Source of the DNA: Candidatus Thorarchaeota archaeon
GTDB taxonomy: Archaea; Asgardarchaeota; Thorarchaeia; Thorarchaeales; Thorarchaeaceae
DNA length: 19,426 nucleotides
Assembly (NCBI GenBank): GCA_003345595.1
Contig: PRDI01000121.1
Span: 1-19,426 of the forward strand
Direction of reading: 5' to 3'
The position numbers and the translations under genes are program-made. Below the pieces are notes generated by a model, which worked only from the letters and a program-made list of their open reading frames with translations, ran no database searches and was not told the DNA's origin. How positions within the stretch are numbered: the stretch's first letter is position 1; every line of letters starts with the position of its first letter. Shown here in pieces: positions 7,781 through 14,576 of this stretch.

Positions 7781-9106
7781 TTAGTCCTGTGCAGCCATAG
7801 ACTCTCCATTTAACGTGCCATCCATCAAGGAGCCATAGGCTGTCATATCGAAATGCCCGTGGCCTGACAGATTGAAGAGAATTGATCTTTCTTCGCCTCT
7901 TTTCTTTGCCTCAAGGGCGAGGTCGATGACTGCCTTTATTGCGTGAGACGACTCAGGAGCTGGGACGATGCCTTCTGCTCTGGCGAAAAGGACCCCTGCA
8001 TTCAAGGCGTCGACTTGGTTATAGGCCAATGGTCTGACCCTGCCCTCCTGTATCAGTGCGCTTAGTGTTGGAGCCGAGCCGTGATATCGTAGCCCGCCTG
8101 CATGTATTTTCGGCGGAATGAAGTTCGCGCCGAGAGTGTACATTTTCAGTTTTGGTGTGAGTCCTGCTGTGTCCCCAAAGTCGTAGCGATACTCGCCGCG
8201 ACTGAGCTTGGGGCAGGCATCTGACTCGGCAGCGATGAACTCGGTGTCCTTGAATCTGGGGTCGGCGATGAAGGGATATGACAGACCCGCGAAGTTGCTG
8301 CCGCCACCAACACAGCCAACAATGTAGTCTGGTTTGGTGTCGATTAGATTCAGTTGCTGCTTTGCTTCTTGACCTATGACTGTCTGATGGAGTAAAACAT
8401 GGTTCAGGACAGATCCAAGAGTGTATTTCGTGTTCTGGCTGCCAAGTGCGTCTTCGAGAGCTTCGCTAATCGCGATTCCCAGAGACCCGGGGTGTCCTGG
8501 CTGTTCTCGATTGAGTCTTCTCCCAAACTCGGTGTTTTGCGAAGGGCTGGGAACGACTTTCGCTCCGTAGAGTCTCATTAGAGTTCCACGATATGCCTTC
8601 TGTTCATAGCTGACCCTTACCATGTATATCATAGCTTCGAGACCAAAGTGTGAACAGGCGAGGGCGACGGCGCTGCCCCATTGACCAGCACCTGTTTCTG
8701 TGGTGTATCGTTCCACTCCCTCTTTCATGGCATAGTAGCACTGCGCCAGCGCTGTGTTCGTCTTGTGGCTGCCGGTTGGCGAAACATCCTCTCTCTTGTA
8801 GTAGATTCTGGCTGGGGTCTTTAGCATCTCCTCGAGTCCGTACGCTCTCTGAATTGGGGTTGGTCTTCCAAAACGGATCATTGCCTCTCTCACTTCATCG
8901 GGGATTGGTACGGTCCTTTGTTGAGAGACCTCTTGTCGCACGCACTCTTCCGCGAATATTCTTGTCAGTGCTTCGGGATTCACGGGCTCGCCCGTCGTCG
9001 GGTCGATTGGGGGAGGAAGTGGGCTCCGCAGGTAGGGAACTATGTTCACGTAGCTCTTTGGTGTATCATCAGGATCTAGTGCGATTCTGATCTGTTGTCT
9101 TATCAT
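7781..9106 (-). CDS. trpB2: Tryptophan synthase beta chain, type 2 (TrpB2; PLP-dependent)
   Basis: SPTGSHKTN (PLP Lys), TETGAGQWG, HPGSLGIAISEA, LGSVLNHVLLHQT, GCVGGGSNF, IHAGGLRYHG, PAPESSHA, NLSGHG; RBS GTGAGGA (9120-9114). Confidence 0.97.
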   Translation of the reverse strand: MIRQQIRIALDPDDTPKSYVNIVPYLRSPLPPPIDPTTGEPVNPEALTRIFAEECVRQEVSQQRTVPIPDEVREAMIRFGRPTPIQRAYGLEEMLKTPARIYYKREDVSPTGSHKTNTALAQCYYAMKEGVERYTTETGAGQWGSAVALACSHFGLEAMIYMVRVSYEQKAYRGTLMRLYGAKVVPSPSQNTEFGRRLNREQPGHPGSLGIAISEALEDALGSQNTKYTLGSVLNHVLLHQTVIGQEAKQQLNLIDTKPDYIVGCVGGGSNFAGLSYPFIADPRFKDTEFIAAESDACPKLSRGEYRYDFGDTAGLTPKLKMYTLGANFIPPKIHAGGLRYHGSAPTLSALIQEGRVRPLAYNQVDALNAGVLFARAEGIVPAPESSHAIKAVIDLALEAKKRGEERSILFNLSGHGHFDMTAYGSLMDGTLNGESMAAQD

Positions 9107-9295
9107 CTATGATTCCTCACATTCATGTTTCCCGAGGACTGCGTGCGGTTTCCCATCTGCAGCATGTACTATGACATCGCCTTGGTCGAGTCTTCGTACG
9201 ACTGACTTGTGAGAGAACGACGCCGTGGAAGAATATCGCGCGAGGATGGTATCTACAAAACTAGCTGTAAGGGTCGCTTCAGACCCCTGCCCCAT
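9107..9295 (-). CDS. Possible 62-aa upstream ORF abutting trpB2 (TAG-ATG)
   Basis: TAG at 9109-9107 directly precedes the trpB2 ATG in the same frame; no RBS of its own; no recognisable domain. Confidence 0.3.
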   Translation of the reverse strand: MGQGSEATLTASFVDTILARYSSTASFSHKSVVRRLDQGDVIVHAADGKPHAVLGKHECEES

Positions 9296-9315
9296 TGGTA
9301 GGGACGCACGCTCAT
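9253..9315 (-). CDS. Putative Trp leader peptide MSVRPYQWGRGLKRPLQLVL
   Basis: ATG at 9315 lies 8 nt after a perfect GAGGTGA RBS (9330-9324), which is about 32 nt downstream of TTTATAA (9369-9363). It is the first ORF of the predicted trpB2 transcript; Trp at codon 8. Confidence 0.6.
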   Translation of the reverse strand: MSVRPYQWGRGLKRPLQLVL

Positions 9316-9362
9316 CGCGATTTTCACCTCAGGACTGGAGGCAGGCGTTCGTGGCGGCCATC

Positions 9363-9408
9363 TTATAAAGATTGCTCATAGCTGTACATCAATGTACACT
9401 TCTGTGCA
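9363..9408 (-). promoter_or_regulatory. trpB2 promoter (TTTATAA) with phased TRP-box-like sites TGTACA-N4-TGTACA-N4-TGTGCA
   Basis: tgtaca 9383-9388, tgtaca 9393-9398, tgtgca 9403-9408 and degenerate tgctca 9373-9378, all at 10-bp period. TGTACA is the TrpY TRP-box consensus. Confidence 0.75.
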
Positions 9409-9621
9409 TCTACTAGCTCACCCCAAGAGAGATTTCAACCCGAACCACAGCAGAAACGAAGTACCTGGAACATGGGTGCGGTGATGGTTTGTCAGAGATC
9501 ACCTGCGTTCGTTGACATGAGATCGATGCTGATGCAGTTGGGTGTGGCGGGAACTGCAGTCGTTGGCAGTGATTCAGCCGCTCAGAAACACCGGTCGATG
9601 ATGGCTGCGTACTAAGCAAGC

Positions 9622-9664
9622 TTTATATATGAATGTAGTACATGACTGTACAACGCACAGTACA
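9622..9664 (+). promoter_or_regulatory. padR promoter (TTTATATA 9622-9629) with downstream operator (AGTACA-N4-TGTACA; TGTAC-N8-GTACA)
   Basis: agtaca 9637-9642, tgtaca 9647-9652, gtaca 9660-9664, overlapping the expected TSS. Confidence 0.7.
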
Positions 9665-9717
9665 AGGTGAGATACAATAATGTGCAAAACAGCCCACAAG
9701 GAGGCGAGTACTGAGCC

Positions 9718-10092
9718 GTGAGCGGTGGATCTGGTCCTGCAACAGAGGAATTTGAGAGATGGTCCACTGAGGTGAAGAAAGGTGCTGCGGCCCTCGCAAT
9801 CCTGGCAGTGTTGGAGGAAGGTCCTGCCTACGGGTACGAGATTGTCAAGCGCCTGAGCGACAAGGTGACATTCCTTCAGCTTGAACAGGGAACAGTATAT
9901 CCGTTGCTTCGTCGTCTCGAGAAGGAGCGGAAACTGTTGATCAGTGAATGGGACTATGCGGACCCGACGAAACCGAAGAAGTACTACCGCCTTGAGGACG
10001 AGGGCAAGAGAGCCCTCAAAATGATGACCGAAACATGGTCTGTACTAACGAATGAAATGAAAGAACTACTTAGGAGAGTTAACGCACAATGA
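9718..10092 (+). CDS. PadR-family transcriptional regulator
   Basis: 'KKGAAALAILAVLEEGPAYGYEIVKRL...EQGTVYPLLRRLEK...PKKYYRL..EG' is the canonical PadR signature; GGAGGCGA RBS before GTG. Confidence 0.93.
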   Translation: MSGGSGPATEEFERWSTEVKKGAAALAILAVLEEGPAYGYEIVKRLSDKVTFLQLEQGTVYPLLRRLEKERKLLISEWDYADPTKPKKYYRLEDEGKRALKMMTETWSVLTNEMKELLRRVNAQ

Positions 10093-11177
10093 GTGAAGAA
10101 CCACTGGAAATGATCGAGAAGTATCTCGAACGGGTTAGGATATACTTGCCCGTTGACAGTCAAGATACACTGACCGAGATCAGAACGCACTTGATTGAGG
10201 AGGCCCAGTCTTTGGGCCAAGGGAAGATAACCCGCGGCTCAGTGATGCTAGCCATCGAACGCTTCGGCGACCCGAAGGAAGCTGCGAACGCCTATGCTGG
10301 GACTGGCAAGAAGGTGGGCATCATACCGGCTGAGTACGTACTGCCTGCCGGCAGGATGGCGATGGCCCTTGTTGCTCTCGTGATCGCATTCGGTATCGGC
10401 GCTTACTTCGTGTGGGTTTCCTTGTCCTTGTGGGGCTTCCCGACTATCGAGAACTGGCCATTCAACATCCCTGTCATGATAGTGTTCTGGGTGGGGCTCG
10501 GCGTTCTCGTCATCGGAGTCCTGTCTTTCCTTGATAAGTACAAGGCACCAACTGAGAAGACTGTCCTTGAGGGAGTCCTAGGCGCTGGAAGCGGTGTCTT
10601 CACGCCCAAGTCCAGGACTGACGCAGCCGGCGACATAGTGTTTGGACTGGTCTTCGCAGTAATTCTCTTGCTGCCTCAGATACAGCTCTGCTTCATCCCC
10701 GCATTTCTACCAGTCGTGGGAGTCATGGCGTTTCTCATGGCGGTGGGCGCGGCCAAGGGCTATCTTTTCTTCAAGGCAGGAGAGAACAATGCGAATCTGC
10801 TGTTCGAAGCCGTCCTCTCAGCCGCATGGATTGTTGCGTGCATGGTGCTGGTTACCACCGGCTGGCCCATTGTCTATGTTTGGAACAATACGAACGGTGT
10901 ATGGTCGCTCTTCTATCTGCCCGACCTGTACGGTGACATTTCCTTCCTACCTCTCTTGTTTAATGGTGTCTGGACGTTCATAATCTTCATCGTCGCTGTT
11001 ACCAACTCGTGGCAGCTTGTGATCTCCGGGATGAAGATCCCTATGTACATGAAGGCTGGAAAGGGCTGGTGGTGGCAAGGGACTTGGGGGTCCGGACTCC
11101 ACTCAGGCTGGAAGAAGTGGTCAAGAAGACTGTTCGGCAGGCAGTCTGATGATTCTGCCCCGAAGCAGTCCTCTTAG
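10089..11177 (+). CDS. HAAS/DUF1700-like N-terminal domain membrane protein (PadR partner)
   Basis: 'IEKYLERVRIYLP...EIRTHL...AIERFGDPKEAANAY' helical N-domain followed by about 6 TM; ATGA overlap with padR. Confidence 0.8.
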   Translation: MSEEPLEMIEKYLERVRIYLPVDSQDTLTEIRTHLIEEAQSLGQGKITRGSVMLAIERFGDPKEAANAYAGTGKKVGIIPAEYVLPAGRMAMALVALVIAFGIGAYFVWVSLSLWGFPTIENWPFNIPVMIVFWVGLGVLVIGVLSFLDKYKAPTEKTVLEGVLGAGSGVFTPKSRTDAAGDIVFGLVFAVILLLPQIQLCFIPAFLPVVGVMAFLMAVGAAKGYLFFKAGENNANLLFEAVLSAAWIVACMVLVTTGWPIVYVWNNTNGVWSLFYLPDLYGDISFLPLLFNGVWTFIIFIVAVTNSWQLVISGMKIPMYMKAGKGWWWQGTWGSGLHSGWKKWSRRLFGRQSDDSAPKQSS

Positions 11178-11198
11178 AAGCAAGTCATTATATGAATC

Positions 11199-11243
11199 GT
11201 GAGAAGGCGTGCCTAGCGGCATCCCTTCTCATCTCTTTCTTTG
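11199..11243 (+). terminator. Stem-loop plus T-rich tract after the padR operon
   Basis: tgagaagg-cg-tgcc-tagc-ggca-tc-ccttctca followed by tctctttctttg. Confidence 0.65.
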
Positions 11244-11364
11244 TCAATGGGTTCACGATGATGTGAAGCGGTGGACTCGGTTAACAGCAGGTGTCGTAGG
11301 GAAGCGGAACACTTCCTCAATCGCTCCACAAGTTTCAAGCGGAGGGAGTCACAGAGGAGTTCCC

Positions 11365-12258
11365 ATGTCGCAGTCTGAACAGGGCCCTGTGCGGTTTGCA
11401 AGGCGTGGCCCACATGGAGAGTTGGAGTTTCCCTTCCCGGTGGACCCAAAGCAGCTGACGGTCGATACCAGAAGGATTGTCTGCAAAGTAGTTGATGGAG
11501 TACCTCTCAGGAAGTACACAAGCTTCTATGCTGTGGGCGTGTACGGAGGCATAGCCACCGCATACTCGGTCGGGTGCAACTTCAGGTGTGTCTTCTGCTG
11601 GGTGGACTGGTCCCGCGACTGGCCCGAGAGCCACGGCGTTTTCTACTCACCCAAAGAAGTGTATGCGCGCCTGCGAAACGTGATGCTCAACAGAGGTTTC
11701 AGAAGAGCTAGAGTGAGTGGAGCTGAGCCAACACTGTGTCCAGACCATCTCTGTGCCATACTGGACCTTGTTCATCAAGAGCCGAGTGCTTTCGACCTGT
11801 TCGTGATTGAAACGAATGGAGTAGTTCTTGGGATGGAACCAGACTTGGCTTCCCGTCTGGCAGAGTATGCATCAAGAAATGCGTCAGATGGCACGGTGGG
11901 GCATGTTCGATTGTCAATCAGAGGGGGCCTCCCCGAACCATTCGAAGAGAAGACTGGTTGCAGCCGTGAGTTCGTCGACCTGCCATTCATCGCCGTACAG
12001 CGACTATGGGCTGCGGGGGTTTCGTTTCATGTGGCCGTGGTTGTTGACCCTCGATTCACCTCGAAGGAAGAGAAGGACACGATCTATCGACGACTCGGTG
12101 AAATAGATCAGTCGATTCGGAGAAACGTCGAAGAGGAATACCTCGATCCATACCCTCACGCACTTGTGAGACTGAGGGCAGTGGGCAGAACAGATGTGAC
12201 TGGTGAGAAAGTTTCTGAAAGAGAACGTCAGGCATCCAGATCTAGGCCGCGCGAGTGA
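11365..12258 (+). CDS. Radical SAM protein (archaeal COG5014-like)
   Basis: YGGIATAYSVGCNFRCVFCW (CxxxCxxC), RVSGAEP, IETNG, VRLSIRG; ATG 11365 follows GAGGAG. The ORF-track extension from 11209 runs through the terminator. Confidence 0.88.
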   Translation: MSQSEQGPVRFARRGPHGELEFPFPVDPKQLTVDTRRIVCKVVDGVPLRKYTSFYAVGVYGGIATAYSVGCNFRCVFCWVDWSRDWPESHGVFYSPKEVYARLRNVMLNRGFRRARVSGAEPTLCPDHLCAILDLVHQEPSAFDLFVIETNGVVLGMEPDLASRLAEYASRNASDGTVGHVRLSIRGGLPEPFEEKTGCSREFVDLPFIAVQRLWAAGVSFHVAVVVDPRFTSKEEKDTIYRRLGEIDQSIRRNVEEEYLDPYPHALVRLRAVGRTDVTGEKVSERERQASRSRPRE

Positions 12259-12450
12259 CCAGTCGATGATATCAAGCCTCCTCGGCCTATGCTGATCAGA
12301 CCACGTGCAGATTGAGAGGTGCATTTCTACACGATTCTGGAAATGGCAGAGAAAAGACGGCTGAATTGTGACTGATGGAAGAATTCCGACCCCTTCTGTT
12401 CTGCTGTTGTCATTAGTATCTTATACCGGCGCAAACCAGCCGTTCTCAAG

Positions 12451-13959
12451 GTGGCATTTGGTCTGACGTTTCAGAAGACGGTCCTTGTGTGCTGCATGGC
12501 CATAGCCGCAATGTTGCTTTCGCTTGGGTTCACCGGATCTGACTTGTCGTCCATCTGCGGGTTGGACGCTTCTCAGAAGACACCGCAGGATAGCATCGCT
12601 GAAGCAGCAAACTACACAAGTAGCTTAGAGGAATGCACGTCAGTGATAGTCACAGGGAGTGCCGCGAAAGACGGCAGAGCGATACTGATGAAGAACAGGG
12701 ACTCCTCCGAGGAAGAGAACATCCCTGTGTACCATCCCGCAACAAACACCACTTTCGCGTTTGTAGCTGTCAATTCGCTGTGGATGGGGATAAACGAGAA
12801 AGGTCTCGCTGTAATGAACACTGCAATGCCTGCGTTGTCCGACAGCCCGTATGCCGGGTCTTACAACGGCATTCTCAACCAACGGATACTTCAGACGTGT
12901 CAGGATGTGACTGATGTTGAGGTCAAGCTCAAAGCCGATGACTCTCCCCTTCTGCCAGACCCCGGTTCTCCCGAGGAGTCAGTGGCCACATGTGTCGGCG
13001 TAATAGATAGCCACGGACTAGGGGCCTTCTTTGAGATTGGCGACTTGTATGTGTCGGTTGAATACGTCGCCGATGGATACCAGTCGCGCGCAAATCACCC
13101 GAGGACTTATCCTGGTCTAGCGAGTGGGCCAAGCGGTAGAGATCAGCATGCACTTGATGCATTGGATGCAATACTTGCAGAGAAAGGAGCAATCTCGTGG
13201 CAGGATGTGGCTCAGAGAGTCTCTAGATACGTGAGAGAGAAGCAGACCGGTTCAGACGAATTCCGGATTGGTGGCGAGGTGTGCAATGACTATACTGTTT
13301 CAGCGATGGTTGCTGTCAGTGGGGATTCAAGATATGATGGCAGGCTCAACATAATGTGGTGCGAGTATGGCCCTGTGCCAATGACCGGGGTCTTCTTGCC
13401 CTCGATGGCCTATGGCGGTTCTCTACCCTCTATTCTGAACGACATGGTCAGCTACACACAAGTGAAGAGGAACTACGCCTGTGACATTGACACGGGCTTC
13501 TATGATTCATTGCGCGTCAGGAAGATACAGAACTACTCGTTTGCCGCTGAGGACTACACCTTCGAGCAATATGACCGCCTAATCGATTTCATTCCTGAAG
13601 GGCTATCAGATGCTCAGCTCAACGAAACTCTCAACGACTTCATCAGACTCACGGTGTCAGTCGCCACCGACATGTACGTGAATGAGAGTAGTACGCGACC
13701 CAAGTATGCAGTTCCGTTTGTCGTCGATGCTATCCCGACAGTGCCCACTACAAGGACCGAAACTACGTCAGCAACTGCAACACCATCGATAACCTCTGCC
13801 ACCACGAAGCAGACCACTTCGGTCAGCGAGATTGATTCCTACGTCCTAGCAGGGACTATGATTGTTGCCGGGCTCACATCTGGCGTCCTACTTGCTCTCG
13901 CAATCCGTTCAATCCAGATATCCAAAAGAAGCTTGGCGTCCCAATGTGCATTGACTTGA
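12451..13959 (+). CDS. Surface-anchored Ntn-hydrolase (peptidase C45/C69, acyltransferase-like)
   Basis: Signal/pro-region, then 'CTSVIVTGSAAKDGRAILMKNRD' (N-terminal Cys nucleophile), 'GINEKGLAVMN', 'RANH'; Thr/Ser-rich linker and C-terminal TM with basic tail. Confidence 0.85.
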   Translation: MAFGLTFQKTVLVCCMAIAAMLLSLGFTGSDLSSICGLDASQKTPQDSIAEAANYTSSLEECTSVIVTGSAAKDGRAILMKNRDSSEEENIPVYHPATNTTFAFVAVNSLWMGINEKGLAVMNTAMPALSDSPYAGSYNGILNQRILQTCQDVTDVEVKLKADDSPLLPDPGSPEESVATCVGVIDSHGLGAFFEIGDLYVSVEYVADGYQSRANHPRTYPGLASGPSGRDQHALDALDAILAEKGAISWQDVAQRVSRYVREKQTGSDEFRIGGEVCNDYTVSAMVAVSGDSRYDGRLNIMWCEYGPVPMTGVFLPSMAYGGSLPSILNDMVSYTQVKRNYACDIDTGFYDSLRVRKIQNYSFAAEDYTFEQYDRLIDFIPEGLSDAQLNETLNDFIRLTVSVATDMYVNESSTRPKYAVPFVVDAIPTVPTTRTETTSATATPSITSATTKQTTSVSEIDSYVLAGTMIVAGLTSGVLLALAIRSIQISKRSLASQCALT

Positions 13960-14076
13960 ATCTCCTCCGTCTAGACGGTTGGACCTCCGACGCATCTAGG
14001 GAGAACGTGTTGCTATTCTAAAACAAAAGGCTACAAGCCTGGGGGGGCGTATAATGCGGGTTTCAACCATGCGTTT

Positions 14077-14343
14077 CTAAAGCGCCCTCCTTAATCCTTC
14101 GAACATATCCAGTGTCTTTGTTCCTCTTGTGCAGCAGTACAGGTTTTCCGTTCCGGTTCGGATTGTGATTGGGCAGGTTTTACAGATGCAGCCCTTCTCC
14201 ATTGTGATTATTGAGCTCTTTCCCATGGCACAGAAGTTATCTGCAGTTTCACGTGTTCCTTTGAAGCTCGGACACCCACGGCAGAGGCACTTCAATTCGG
14301 TTGTGTATACGTCACTACTCCGCTGCGTAAGTTTGGGTGTCAA
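14077..14343 (-). CDS. DUF2769-like small Cys-rich archaeal protein
   Basis: CLCRGCPS...FCAMGKS...GCICKTCP...YCCTRG pattern typical of DUF2769; TTG start. Confidence 0.75.
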   Translation of the reverse strand: MTPKLTQRSSDVYTTELKCLCRGCPSFKGTRETADNFCAMGKSSIITMEKGCICKTCPITIRTGTENLYCCTRGTKTLDMFEGLRRAL

Positions 14344-14576
14344 TCTGCCATTTCACTTCCTCGGATTCATTGGCGATGCTATTCCCACCTGTGGATTTTG
14401 AGCTTGCCCTGTTATGAATGTTCGGAGTGATGTTGACTTGGCGGTGCGTTTCCCAATTGACCCTAGCACAGGAAAGAAAGCACTAAAATAGAGCGGTCAA
14501 GTGATACCGGTTGCATATGCTTTAGGACTAGCAATGGTCCCAGATGAGTGCGCAAATCGCGGGGAACTTGGAACCC

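Noticed and set aside
9413-9619. 68-aa minus ORF and a 47-aa plus ORF (ATG 9472) between the divergent promoters
   Set aside because: No convincing RBS, promoter or recognisable protein features.
11209-11364. N-terminal extension of the radical SAM ORF
   Set aside because: Begins inside a terminator hairpin; ATG 11365 has a GAGGAG RBS.
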